From: an uncultured delta proteobacterium
Lineage (GTDB): Bacteria > Myxococcota_A > Polyangia > Haliangiales > Haliangiaceae
DNA length: 64,000 nucleotides
NCBI GenBank assembly: GCA_963743525.1
Contig: CAVUQH010000005.1
Span: 121,400-185,399 of the forward strand
Reading direction: 5' to 3'
Part shown: in pieces, positions 38,934 to 49,540 of the stretch
How positions within the stretch are numbered: position 1 is the first letter of the stretch
Layout of the letters: every line of letters starts with the position of its first letter
Translations under genes and position numbers: made by a program
Notes under the pieces: generated by a model
What the model was told of the DNA's origin: nothing
The model's database searches: none
What the model saw: only the letters and a program-made list of their open reading frames with translations

Positions 38934-40295
38934 CTATCGAGGTCTGCCCGAACGGCTAGGTGCCAGGGCGACATGGATTCGGTTGTTCTCGGCCAGCTCG
39001 GTGGCGGCGATCCGCTCGCGGTAGGGGTGGTAGTGGTCGGCGGTGACCTGGATCTCCACCTCCTGGCCGCGGGTCACGTCCACCGGGGTCCCGGCCTCGA
39101 CTTCCTGGCCGTTGACCTTGATGGTCGCCTTGGCGCTGGACGGCGTCACCACCACCGTGACGTGCGGGGCCACCTCGGCTGGAGCGGCGTGCTCGGCGGC
39201 CGCGGCTTTGTCACCGCGCCGCATCATGTAGGCGGTACCCATCCCGGTGACGACCGCCAGCAAGATGGCCGCCAGCGCCCACTTGCCGTTGTTGCTCTTG
39301 CTCGGCGCCAGCGCCGCGCCGGCCTCGTCGTCGCCCTCGTCCGCCAGCTCCTCCTCGTCATCCTCGACCGGTGCCTGGGTGAAGACGTGCAGCGAGCGCG
39401 CGCCGACCTTGCCCTTGGCAAACAGCTCCATGTCGAAGATGGCAATGACCTCGGTCGAATAGCCGGGGTCGAGGTTGAAGATCAGCTTGGACACCGAGCT
39501 GAGCACGCTGATCAGCCCCAGCCCGGCGCCGCCGGCCTTGCTCTCGATGTGCGCCGCCCCCGACTTTGCCCGCATCAGGTAGTCCAGCGCCCGCTCGCGG
39601 GTCAGCGAGCCGCCGCCGTCGCGCACCGACACGCCGAAGTAGCGGCCGGAGCAGCCGTACTGCACCTCGATCGCCGGCACTTCCTTCATCTGCGCCAGCT
39701 CTTTGAGCGTCTTGTCGGCGAACAGCTCTTTGCCCTGGTCGTCGACCGGCGCGTGGTAGAGCGCGTTCATCATCAGCTCGTCGCACACCAGTTGGATGCG
39801 ATCGCGCACCGGCCCGCGCACGCCGGCCAGCTTGGCGTAGCGCAACAGCACCTCGATGGCGCGGGTCTTGTGCTCGTAGCTCTTGATCTGCATCGTGAAG
39901 GTGGTCACCCCCCACGGGAAGTACTTCTGCAGACCGAAGACGTCGCCGCGCAGCGCCTTGGTCGCGCTGGCGATGAATTCGTCGTCGTCGAAGCGGGCGT
40001 CGTGACAGAGCAGGCTGGTGACCCGCTCGTCCTTGAGGTACTGGATCTTGTCGACCAGGCGGTCGCCCTCGAGCACGTACTGGATGCTCGCGCCCTTGGG
40101 CACCTTGTCGGTGAACAGCTTGGGCGGGTCGCCGCTGCGGGCGTCGTAGATGGCCAGGTGAACGTCGCGTTTGGGATCGAGGCCACTGGGATCGCCGATG
40201 AAGTCGGCGGTCGAGCCCGTCGCCGTGGTCACTCGCTTGACCTCGCGCTTGAGCGCGTTGTCGCGGGTGACGACGGCCATGTGGTAGCGGAGCAT
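38934..40295 (-). CDS. GHKL (RsbW-like HATPase) domain protein with C-terminal TM helix and PEGA-like domain
   Basis: DELMMNALYHA (N-box), VSVRDGGG (G1), GGAGLGL (G2); TM WALAAILLAVV; VTPSSAKATIKVNG. Confidence 0.7.
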   Translation of the reverse strand: MLRYHMAVVTRDNALKREVKRVTTATGSTADFIGDPSGLDPKRDVHLAIYDARSGDPPKLFTDKVPKGASIQYVLEGDRLVDKIQYLKDERVTSLLCHDARFDDDEFIASATKALRGDVFGLQKYFPWGVTTFTMQIKSYEHKTRAIEVLLRYAKLAGVRGPVRDRIQLVCDELMMNALYHAPVDDQGKELFADKTLKELAQMKEVPAIEVQYGCSGRYFGVSVRDGGGSLTRERALDYLMRAKSGAAHIESKAGGAGLGLISVLSSVSKLIFNLDPGYSTEVIAIFDMELFAKGKVGARSLHVFTQAPVEDDEEELADEGDDEAGAALAPSKSNNGKWALAAILLAVVTGMGTAYMMRRGDKAAAAEHAAPAEVAPHVTVVVTPSSAKATIKVNGQEVEAGTPVDVTRGQEVEIQVTADHYHPYRERIAATELAENNRIHVALAPSRSGRPR

Positions 40296-40347
40296 TCGTC
40301 CTCTTGGTTACCGCGTATCTGTTGTCGCGTATGTACGGCCCGGGCCG

Positions 40348-41028
40348 CTACTTCTTGATGACCACGGAGCTCTTCGCTCCCGGCCCCGGCGATCCCATCG
40401 GTCGGCTCGATCCGGCCGGGCTGCCGATGCTACCCGAGGCCTTGGCCGTATCGCGGCCCTCGCTCGAGATCTTCTTGGCCGGCGCCGAGGCGCCGCCGCC
40501 TCCGCCCGCGCCGGGACGAGTAATCTTTTCGGCCAGCTGCAGCCGATCCTTGACCGTCGTGGTCTCCGCGAAGTCGGCCTCGAGCGCGGTGATCTCTTCC
40601 TTGCGCGTGGAGATCTCCTTCTCGAACTCCTCGATCTCTCCCTTGAGGACCTTGATGCGCCCCTGGATGTCCTCCTGCTTGCGGGTCGCGTCGTCGATGA
40701 TCGAGCGGACCTTGACCTTGGTCAACTCGAGGGTCAGCTTGACCACCTGAACCACCAGCTCGACGTTGTCGGCCGGCAGCGTGCGCATCAGCTCGATCGC
40801 CTTGTCGATGCCGAAGCCCGAGTCGTAGTCGCCGTAATCGTCGTCGTCGTCGCTGCTGCTGGACGCCGGCGCCGCGCTCTGCGCTGCCGGCGCAGACTGT
40901 GGCTCGGCCGCCGGAGGTGGCTCGGCTTCCATCTCGACCGGGTCTGGGGCGCTCAGGTCGATCTTCTCGACCGGTGAGTCGAAGTCGTCCTTTTTCTTCT
41001 TGGTGTCGCGCTTGTCGAACAGACCCAT
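40348..41028 (-). CDS. Hypothetical coiled-coil protein
   Basis: GGAAGGAG RBS before ATG 41028; FGIDKAIELMRTLP followed by heptad coiled coil. Confidence 0.7.
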   Translation of the reverse strand: MGLFDKRDTKKKKDDFDSPVEKIDLSAPDPVEMEAEPPPAAEPQSAPAAQSAAPASSSSDDDDDYGDYDSGFGIDKAIELMRTLPADNVELVVQVVKLTLELTKVKVRSIIDDATRKQEDIQGRIKVLKGEIEEFEKEISTRKEEITALEADFAETTTVKDRLQLAEKITRPGAGGGGGASAPAKKISSEGRDTAKASGSIGSPAGSSRPMGSPGPGAKSSVVIKK

Positions 41029-41287
41029 GGTTCGCGATCTCCTTCCGAGGGGCGGCAGGGGGAGCCAACCCCATCGTAGCCTGCTCCCCTCGCCAATGTC
41101 ATGCAGATCACAGGGAAAACACGTCCACGTCTCGGCCGCGCCACCGATGTGTATGCGCGGGTGAGTGCCGGTATGCGTGACGCGGGACCTTCTACGACTG
41201 TACGGCGGTGCGTTACCCTGCTTGCGTCGTTCGGGGCGCTCTGGCATTCGCGCGCGTCCATACCGAGCACGCAGGGGGAGAAACAAC

Positions 41288-43676
41288 GTGGCTCATCGCC
41301 TTTCGCTCATCGTGTCGCTGCTGGCGGGATTCGCCGGGGCAGGTTGTTCGTGGTTCAGCAGCGGCGACAGCTCCTCGCACCCCGACGGCGGCGTCGGAGA
41401 CATGTGCATCAGCAACTCCGACTGCGGCGCGGCCTTCATCTGTGCCGGTGGCGTCTGTCAGCTCGAAGGATCGGTCGGCCTGGGCGGCGCCTGCTCGGCC
41501 AACCGCGACTGCTCGACCGACCTGTTCTGCACCGCCACGGGCGTGTGCGGTCCGGCCGGCTCCGGCGACGTCGGCGATCCGTGCGCGACCGGTGCCGAGT
41601 GCAAGAAGGAGCTCGTCTGCGTGGCTTACGGCTTCGGCGGCACCTGCCAGCCGGGCGGCACGGCCGACGTCGGCGACAGCTGCACCGCCACCAGTGACTG
41701 TCTGGCCGGGCTGGCGTGCGCGCCGGACAACACCTGCAAGGGACCCAACGTCGCCTTCCCGCCGTTCACCGGCGCCGACTGCCAGCCCGCCGACGGCAAC
41801 TTCCGCGTCTACTTCGAGGTGCCGCGCCCGGGGGCGTCGCCGGCCGACTTCTTCCGCCTGCCGTTCCCCAACGACGCCCGCGTCGCCGCCGACGGCACCT
41901 TGCAGATGGACGACTTCCCCCGGCCGGGCCCGGGGCTCCTCGGCATCGACCTGGTCGACCTGTACGTCAACGCCCTGGTCGCCGACTTCGACGGCTTCTC
42001 CAGTGAAGGCACCGTGACCTTCCGCTTCGCCGGCCAGCTCGACTTCGACACCATCGGCTCGGGCGCCGAGAACATGCACTACATCGACATCACGCCGAGT
42101 ACGCCGGAGTTCGGCAGCGATCGCAGCCGCCGCTTCGCCTACACCACCGGCCGCGGGCTGTACGTCTGTCCCGACGCCTTCACCGTGGCCAACGATCCGT
42201 ACCAGCCGCTGCTGCCCAACCACACCTACGCGGTCTACTTCACCACTGGCATCCGCTCGGCCTCGGGCGACACGCCGGTGCAGGACGCCGACTTCGCCGC
42301 GGTGCTGTCGGCCACCCGGCCGACCGGCGACGACGCCCTGGCCAACGCCTGGGACGAGTACCAGCCGTTCCGCGACTTCCTCACCGCCAAGACCATCGAC
42401 CCGGCGACCATCGCCGGCGCCACCGTGTTCACCGTGCAGGACACCGTCGGCCACCTCGAGGCGCTGCGCGACGCGGTCGACACCGAGCCGGCGCCGCAGC
42501 TCACCGACCTGACCCTGTGCGACGCCGGCGTGACCTCGCCGTGCGACGACGGCGGCGTGCGCACCTGTGGTCCCGCCGATGTCAACTACTACGAGATCCA
42601 CGGCCGCTACCGCGTGCCGATCTATCAGCAGGGGACCGAGCCGTACGAGACCCCGGCCGACGGCGGCAACATCGTCTACAACGCCTCCGGCGTGCCGCAG
42701 AAGGTGCGCGACGAGGACGTGTGCATGGTCATGCTGATTCCCAAGGGCAAGACCAAGCCGGCCGGCGGCTGGCCGCTGGCCATCTACGGCCACGGCACCG
42801 GCGGCAGCTTCAAGGGTGTGGTCACCAACGGCGTCGGCCGCGCGCTGGCCAAGTCCGGCGTCGCCGTCTTCTCGTGGGACGGCGTCGTCCACGGCGAGCG
42901 CCGTGGCAACAGCACGCGCGAGTCGGACAGCCTGATGTTCAATCTGGTCAACCCGGTCGCCGCCCGCGACAACTCGCTGCAGGGCGCGGTCGACGTGCTG
43001 CAGGCGATGCGCCTGGGCCAGATCTCGGCGGTCAACGTCACCGGCGTCACCGGCAGCGTCGACTTCGATGCCAGCAACATCTTCTACTTCGGCCACTCGC
43101 AGGGCTCGAACGTCGGCGAGCCGGCGGTGGCGGTGTCACCGCTGCCCAAGGCGGCGGTCTTCTCCGGCGCCGGCGCGTTCCTGACCCAGGGCATGCTGTC
43201 CAAGACCAGCCCGGTCAACGCCAAGGCCGCGCTGCAGCTGCTGCTCGGCGAGGACGTCACCAGCTCGCACCCGGTGATGACCATCCTGCAGACCTACTTC
43301 GACAAGACCGACACGGTGAACTACGCGCCGCTGATCCTTTCGCGCCCGCCCACCGGCGTGGCGGCAAAGCACGTGTTCATGACCTGGGCGTCAACCGACA
43401 CCTACGCGCCCGAGCCGACGCTCAACATCATGGCCAAGGCGCTGGCGCTGCAGCAGGCGCCGCCGGTGCTGACGACCGTGGCCACCCTGACGCCCGACCA
43501 CCCGGCCGGTCAGCCTCAACAAGGGGACGCCCGACGGCAACCGCACCGCGGCGCTGTTCCAGTACCAGGCCGACGGCTACGACGGCCACTTCGTGGCCCA
43601 GCAGAACCCCAACGCCATCGCCGACTGGAAGGCGTTCATCACCTCCGCCGTCACCGGCGCGCCGACCGTGCCCTAA
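41288..43676 (+). CDS. Lipoprotein: Cys-rich repeats + Ig-like domain + alpha/beta hydrolase; apparent frameshift at about 43493
   Basis: Lipobox AGAGC; several CxxxxDC repeats; YGHGTGG oxyanion, FGHSQG nucleophile; YDGHF His lies in the shifted frame ending TAA 43676. Confidence 0.8.
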
Positions 43677-44950
43677 CCGGGCAGGTCGTCGGCCGGCCGG
43701 TGGAAGAAGAACGGCAACAGCGCCAGCGTGGCGACGACCGCCAGGACCATGAAGACGCTGAACAGCGCCTCCCAGCCGTAGGCGTCCGATACGTATTTGA
43801 CCATGAAGCCCTGGCAGATGGCGCCGATGGAGCCGAGTCCGTTGATCACGCCGCAGGCCAGCGCCGCCGCGTACGGTCCGCCGAGATCTTGTGACACCGC
43901 GCCGGAGACCAGCGTGTCGGGGCCGAACAAGAGGGCGCCGATCAGCATCATGCTGACGTAGGTGACGCCGACCCCCTGGTTACCCAGGGCCGAGTGCAGC
44001 CACAGCGCGCCGACCAGGCCGGCGCTCATGACCGCGGCCACCGCGATGCGCCGCCGGCCGAACACGCGGTCGGCGAGGAACCCGGCGGCGATCGCTCCGA
44101 TGGCACCGCCGACCTCGAACGAGGTCGACGCGTAGCCGGCGGTGCCCTTGTCGTAGTGCAGCGCCTTTTCCAGGTAGAAGGGCAGCCAGAAGATGAGCGA
44201 GTAGCGCATCATCTTCATGCAGAAGTAGTTGGCGCCGAGGAACCAGGTCATCGGGTTGCGCAGCACCGACGGCCACGCTTTGCGCCGCAGCTCCCGCCGC
44301 GCCTCGGGCGAGATGCCGGGCTCGACGTCGGGATCGCGAAAGCCGACGTCGGACGGCTTGTCGGCGATCCACAACAGGTAGGCGACGCCGACCAGCGCCA
44401 CCCACACCGCGGGGCCGAACAGCGCGCTGCGCCAGCCCCAGTGATTCATCATGAAGGTGGCGAACGCCGTCGCCGCCAGGCCGCCGACCTGGTAGCAGGT
44501 GCCCCAGTAGCCCATGATCTCGCCGCGCTCGCGGGTCGAGAACCACGACGCCATGACCCGGTTGTTGCCCGGCCAGCCCGATGCCTGGACCAGGCCGTTG
44601 ACGCCGTAGGCGAGGACGAAGATCGGCATGGTCGAGCCGACGCCGAACAGCGCCGACAGCCCGGCGGTCATCATCATGCCGACCGCGACCAGTCGGCGCG
44701 GGCCGATGAGGTCGCCGAGGAAGCCGTTGGCGAACTGTCCGACGGCGTAGGCGGCGGTGTAGAAGGTCTCGATGAACGCCAGCTGGCCCTTGTCCAGGCC
44801 CAGCGAGCTCTTGACCACCGAGTAGTTCTTGCGCGTGAAGTAGTACGAGAAGTACGACAGCCACGACAGCGCGAACATGCGCTGCCGCCACGGCCGCGGC
44901 GCTCGGGGGAGATCGGTGGTCGCGGGGGTGGTGGTCGTGCCGGTCGTCAT
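43673..44950 (-). CDS. MFS transporter, organophosphate:Pi antiporter (GlpT/UhpT) family
   Basis: [42 protein letters not shown]. Confidence 0.88.
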   Translation of the reverse strand: MTTGTTTTPATTDLPRAPRPWRQRMFALSWLSYFSYYFTRKNYSVVKSSLGLDKGQLAFIETFYTAAYAVGQFANGFLGDLIGPRRLVAVGMMMTAGLSALFGVGSTMPIFVLAYGVNGLVQASGWPGNNRVMASWFSTRERGEIMGYWGTCYQVGGLAATAFATFMMNHWGWRSALFGPAVWVALVGVAYLLWIADKPSDVGFRDPDVEPGISPEARRELRRKAWPSVLRNPMTWFLGANYFCMKMMRYSLIFWLPFYLEKALHYDKGTAGYASTSFEVGGAIGAIAAGFLADRVFGRRRIAVAAVMSAGLVGALWLHSALGNQGVGVTYVSMMLIGALLFGPDTLVSGAVSQDLGGPYAAALACGVINGLGSIGAICQGFMVKYVSDAYGWEALFSVFMVLAVVATLALLPFFFHRPADDLPG

Positions 44951-46299
44951 TCGGGTTTGCGTTTGCCGCCGCGGATCATGCGCACGAACGCAGCGGCGGC
45001 GTCGGCCGCCAGCGTGCACAGGCCGTCTGCTGCGTCGTCGTCGAGGTCGCCTCCGTCGGGCGCGTGGGCATAGTACAGGCAGACGACCCGTTCGCGGATC
45101 ACCACCGGAGCAACGATCGTGTCGCGGGGCGGCTCGGGCAGCGGGAACAGCTTGAAGAACCTCTCCTGCACCGCCTGGCCGTTGGCCGGCGGCGGGCCGC
45201 GATAGACCACGCCGGTGTCGTGTGCGGTGGCCAGCGCCGACGGCATCGACAGCGGCATCAGGATCGACTCGACCGACCCGTCGTCGAACAGCCCGCCGAA
45301 GCCGGCGGCGCCGAGCGCCAGGCCGTCCTTGGCCAGCAGCACCAGCCCGCCGCCGAAGCGCCCGCGCATGAAGGCGACGACGGTCTGCTGTACGGCGTCG
45401 CGGTGGTTGGCCGCGGCGATGGCGGCGCGGGCCTCGTCGAGGGGCATCAGCGGCAGCGCCACCGGAGCCGCCGGCACGTACGAGTGGGCGGGCGCCGACT
45501 CGTCGATCCCGGCGAGGTCGGGCGGGGCGGCGGTCACCTGCGAAGCGGCGGCCAGCGCGTGGATCACGCTGGCGCGGGCATCGTCGGCGATCCCCTCGCC
45601 GGCGGCGGCCGAGGCGGCGGCCCAGACCGTGGCCGCGATCTCCTCGGTGTTGCGCGAGGTGGCGTGGGCGTACTGGCTGAGGTCGCGGGCCACCCCCTCG
45701 TCGTCGAGATCGACCAGCTGCATCGACAGCGGCGCGACCTCGTTGTCGTCGTCGAAGTCGATGTCGATGCCGTCGTCCGACGGCGGCCGGGGCAGCGGAT
45801 GGACCCCCGAGTGGGGCACGGGACGGGCCTGGCCGTGTCCGGTCACCGCCAGGCGGCGCGGGCTGGTCACCCGGTAGAGCCGCTCGAGCAGGGCGTAGAC
45901 CAGCAGCTCCGGGGCGACGCAGGGGATGACCGGCACGCGGGTATGGGCCGCCAGCTCGCGCAGCGCCGCCTGATTGCCCGGATCGCGCATGCACACGACC
46001 AGGCGCCGGTTGCCTCCGGCCTGTGAATAGGCGATCGGCACCGCGGCGGCATTGGCCGCCAGCTCCCGCGTCACCAGCGACAGCACCGCTGGATCGTGGC
46101 GTCCCAGCTGACGCTGCAGCGCGGCGGGGACGCCGTGTTGGTGGGCCAGGCCGCGGGCGATCTGATCGGCGTCAACGTAGCCCAGCTCGATGAGGTTGGT
46201 CCCGAGACGCCCGCCGTAGACCACCTGCTGGCGCAGGGCTGCGCCCAGCTGATCGCCGTCGATGATGCCGGCGTGGACCAGAATTTCCCCGAGCCGCAC
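44947..46299 (-). CDS. MshEN (c-di-GMP-binding, GspE N-terminal) protein with C-terminal GAF-like domain, no ATPase
   Basis: Tandem RLGEILVHAGII....LGAALRQQ / RLGTNLIELGYV....IARGLAHQ motifs; APVVIRERVVCLYYA. Confidence 0.78.
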   Translation of the reverse strand: MRLGEILVHAGIIDGDQLGAALRQQVVYGGRLGTNLIELGYVDADQIARGLAHQHGVPAALQRQLGRHDPAVLSLVTRELAANAAAVPIAYSQAGGNRRLVVCMRDPGNQAALRELAAHTRVPVIPCVAPELLVYALLERLYRVTSPRRLAVTGHGQARPVPHSGVHPLPRPPSDDGIDIDFDDDNEVAPLSMQLVDLDDEGVARDLSQYAHATSRNTEEIAATVWAAASAAAGEGIADDARASVIHALAAASQVTAAPPDLAGIDESAPAHSYVPAAPVALPLMPLDEARAAIAAANHRDAVQQTVVAFMRGRFGGGLVLLAKDGLALGAAGFGGLFDDGSVESILMPLSMPSALATAHDTGVVYRGPPPANGQAVQERFFKLFPLPEPPRDTIVAPVVIRERVVCLYYAHAPDGGDLDDDAADGLCTLAADAAAAFVRMIRGGKRKPE

Positions 46300-46372
46300 C
46301 GAGGACGAGAATAACCCGGCCGCCGAAACCGCGCGAGGAGGGGGCGGATCGCGATATGGTTCGGGGGTCACC

Positions 46373-48592
46373 GTGTGGGCCTGTCCGAGCTGCGGAGAAG
46401 ATCGGAGTCGGATCGCACCGATCGATCCCTGTCCGAAGTGCGGCGCGATGCTCGCTGAGCCGGAAGGCGGCGAGGACGCGGGCGAGGGGGAGACGTCCGC
46501 CCCGACCGAGGTGACGGAGCCGGCGTCCTCGAGGGCCTCGACGGAGGCCGACGTGGAGACCGACGCCGAGGTCGAGCCGCTGGGCGCGAAGGGCGAGGGC
46601 GAGGAGGCGGGTACGGAGCCGGACAAGGGTACGGAGCCGGATGCGGGCACGGAAGAGCGCGCGGACACGGACGCGGGCACGGACGCGGGCACGGACACGG
46701 ACACGGACACGGACACGGACACGGGCGCGGGCGCGGGCACGGACACGGGCACGGGCACGGGCACGGGCACGGGCGCGGGCGCGGGCACGGGCGCGGGCGC
46801 GGGCACGGGCGCGGGCACGGACGCGGGCGCGGGCACGGGCGCGGGCGCGGGCACGGGCGCGGGCACGGACGCGGGCGCGGGCACGGGCACGGACGAGAGC
46901 GAGAGCGAGAGCGACAGCGAGAGCGAGAGCGAGGGCGAGGGCGAGAGCGAGCCGAGTGCCCCGCCGGAATCCGGCGACGCTGCCGCCGCTGCCCAGGGCG
47001 CGCGACACCTCGCCGCCGGTCGCGGCCGGCCCGACTGCGCCACCCCCGATGGCGCCGCGGCCCGCATCGCCGAGCAAGCCACCGCCGTTCGGACCGGGAG
47101 CTCCGCCGGCCCCGCGTGGACCGGGCGCGCCGCCGGCGGCCCGGTCGGGCAAGCCGATGGCACCGCCGCCTGGCAAGCCGATGATGCCGCCGCCGGGGCA
47201 GCCGGCGCCGCCGCCTGGCAAGCCGATGGCACCGCCGCCAGGGCAGCCGATGGCACCGCCGCCGGGCAAGCCGATGATGCCGCCGCCGGGGCAGCCGATG
47301 GCGCCGCCGCCGGGCAAGCCGATGATGCCGCCGCCGGGGCAGCCGATGGCGCCGCCGCCTGGCAAGCCGATGGCACCGCCGCCGGGGCAGCCGATGGCGC
47401 CGCCGCCTGGCAAGCCGATGATGCCGCCGCCGGGGCAGCCGATGGCGCCTTGCCGCCGCCGGGCAAGCCGATGATGCCGCCACCGGGGCAGCCGATGGCA
47501 CCGCCGCCTGGCAAGCCGATGATGCCGCCGCCGGGGCAGCCGATGGCGCCGCCGCCGGGCAAGCCGATGATGCCGCCGCCGGCGCATCCGATGGCGCCAC
47601 CTCCACCGGGCAAGCCGATGATGCCGCCACCGGCGCACCCGATGGCACCGCCGCCACCGGCGCACCCGATGGCGCCGCCGCCACCGGCGCACCCGATGGC
47701 GCCGCCGCCACCGGCCAAGCCGATGGCTCCGCCACCGCCGCCGGCCAGGCCGCCCGCGCCGCTGCCGCCGGCCAGACCGCCCGCGCCGCCTGCGGCTGCA
47801 GCCGATGACGCCGACAGCCTCACGCCGTCGCCCGAGTACATCGCCGCGCGCGAAGCGGCGCTGGCCGCCATCCGCGAGCAAAAGCGCCTGAGCGGAGCGA
47901 CGCCGCCGGCGGGGCAGCCGAGTCAGCCGGCGCCGGCCCCCGCGGAGGACATCGCCGAGTCGTACGCGGCCAGCATGGCCGCTCTCGACGACCTCGAGGA
48001 GCCGGCTGCGCCCGTGGCCGCGTCGCAGCCGGCGCCGATCGACTTCGCGCCCAGCACGGCGCCGTCAGACTCGCCGCGTCCGCTTCGCCGGCGGCCCACG
48101 TCTCACGCCGCCCGCCGTCGGGCGATGAAGAAGATCGCCCCGCAAGGACAGACCGGCCAGGTCGTGCCGGCCGAGATCAACCTCACCCGGCTGGCGCTCG
48201 GCCTGCTGATCGCCGCCGCTGGCATCTTCCTGATCCTGTGGTACCTGCCCACCCGCGGTCCCGACGTGCCGCGCGAGCTGCACACCGCCACCTATCAGTG
48301 GCGCTTCGACGCCGACCTCTACCTCAAGGTGCGCATTGCCGCCGGCGGGTTGGTCGCGCTCGGGGTCGTCCTCGCCGGCATCGGCCTGCGCTTCCGTCCG
48401 TTCGTCGAGGTGGTGTGCAAGCGCTGCCACCAGTACGTCATGGCCGAGAAGGACGGCGTGGTGCTCAAGTGCCCGCGCTCGAGCCATCAAGCTCGCTTCG
48501 ATCGGGTGACCATCGCCATCATCGGCGCGGTCATCCTGTGCGCCGGCGCGGTGTTGGTCTCCATCGCCTTCGCCAGCATCGTCCACGGCTGA
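46373..48592 (+). CDS. Zinc-ribbon / low-complexity Pro-rich membrane protein (apparent compensating frameshifts at about 46960 and 47450)
   Basis: CPSC..CPKC N-terminus; acidic and Pro-Met repeats; 3 TM helices flanking CKRC..C..H. Confidence 0.65.
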   Translation: MWACPSCGEDRSRIAPIDPCPKCGAMLAEPEGGEDAGEGETSAPTEVTEPASSRASTEADVETDAEVEPLGAKGEGEEAGTEPDKGTEPDAGTEERADTDAGTDAGTDTDTDTDTDTGAGAGTDTGTGTGTGTGAGAGTGAGAGTGAGTDAGAGTGAGAGTGAGTDAGAGTGTDESESESDSESESEGEGESEPSAPPESGDAAAAAQGARHLAAGRGRPDCATPDGAAARIAEQATAVRTGSSAGPAWTGRAAGGPVGQADGTAAWQADDAAAGAAGAAAWQADGTAARAADGTAAGQADDAAAGAADGAAAGQADDAAAGAADGAAAWQADGTAAGAADGAAAWQADDAAAGAADGALPPPGKPMMPPPGQPMAPPPGKPMMPPPGQPMAPPPGKPMMPPPAHPMAPPPPGKPMMPPPAHPMAPPPPAHPMAPPPPAHPMAPPPPAKPMAPPPPPARPPAPLPPARPPAPPAAAADDADSLTPSPEYIAAREAALAAIREQKRLSGATPPAGQPSQPAPAPAEDIAESYAASMAALDDLEEPAAPVAASQPAPIDFAPSTAPSDSPRPLRRRPTSHAARRRAMKKIAPQGQTGQVVPAEINLTRLALGLLIAAAGIFLILWYLPTRGPDVPRELHTATYQWRFDADLYLKVRIAAGGLVALGVVLAGIGLRFRPFVEVVCKRCHQYVMAEKDGVVLKCPRSSHQARFDRVTIAIIGAVILCAGAVLVSIAFASIVHG
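46640..46952. repeat. Hexamer microsatellite tract (ACGGGC/GCGGGC/ACGGAC, then GAGAGC)
   Basis: Directly visible tandem 6-mers encoding TG/AG/TD/ES dipeptides. Confidence 0.9.
47145..47745. repeat. Tandem about 24-bp repeats encoding (G)(K/Q)PM(A/M)PPP
   Basis: GGCAAGCCGATGATGCCGCCGCCG / GGGCAGCCGATGGCGCCGCCGCC repeated about 20 times. Confidence 0.9.
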
Positions 48593-48600
48593 GCCGGCGG

Positions 48601-49336
48601 TTACGGCGCCTCGCGTTGGAAGATCAGCGCGTAGGTGACGTGGTGATTGACCGGCAGGCGCATGTTCACCACCTGGTCGCTGGCGCCGTCGATGCCGACC
48701 TGGTAGCGGGTGCCACCGCCGATCATGGCGAAGTTGGTCTGGAACTCGTTGGCCGGCTTCGACGTCAGCGGAAAGGTGTCGACCGGGCCGTCCTTGATGG
48801 TGCGGACGAACTTCAGCTCGGGGTTGGAGTCGATGTCGAGCACGGTGCCCGACTCGTCGACCACCTCGATGTAGATGTTGACCCGGCCGGCCGACTCGCC
48901 GTAGCCGGTGAACGTCGAACGCGTTGCGCCAGAAGTCAACCGGCAGCGCGTCGGCCTGGTCGCCGTCGCTGTCGATGTCGGTGTCGGTCTCGAAGCCGGC
49001 GGCGATCAAGCGGAAGAACGGCTGGCCGGCGACCGGCGTGCCGGCGCACCAGCCAACCGGGCCGAAGCTGTCGTCGTGGCCGTGACCGCCCAGGGTCATG
49101 TCGCCGGTGCCGGCCAGCGGCGCCGCCCACAGCACGTCGGCGCCGGGCGAGCGGGGCGCGTCGAAGGTGCAGGGCAGCGCTGGTGCGGCGTCGGCGGTGG
49201 CGCCGTCGCTGCCGCCGCCATCGCCACCGGCGGCGTCGATCCCCCCGCCGGCGCGGGCGTCGGCGCTGTCGCCCGCCGACGAGCTCCCGCATCCCCACGT
49301 GGCAACCGCGACCAGCAGCAGCGATACAGCGCGCAT
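48601..49336 (-). CDS. Lipoprotein, hypothetical; apparent frameshift at about 48917
   Basis: Lipobox TWGC; removing one base in GTCGAAC (48914-48920) joins it to the 48601-48939 ORF (RNASTFTGYG...). Confidence 0.7.
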
Positions 49337-49540
49337 GCGGCGCATCATAGACGCTCCGCCCGAGCCCGGTTGTCGCGCCGGGAGCTACACCGTGACCCAG
49401 GTCTCAGCGGTGAGTGTGGCGCGCGAGCGCCAGTGAGCCCCAGCCTCACACGGCGCTCCCGGTCGCGTCCGTGATTCTCGCGGTCTTCGCCGCGCCGGGG
49501 CCGCGCCGGGCTCCGCACGCGACTTGCAAGGACAGGTGCG

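Noticed and set aside
46640..47745. CRISPR array
   Set aside because: Repeats are contiguous, in coding multiples of 3, with no unique spacers and no cas genes
44947..47871. 974-aa minus-strand ORF with collagen-like GGG repeats
   Set aside because: Only 46299-44947 looks coding (MshEN start); the upstream part is the antisense of the Pro-rich repeats
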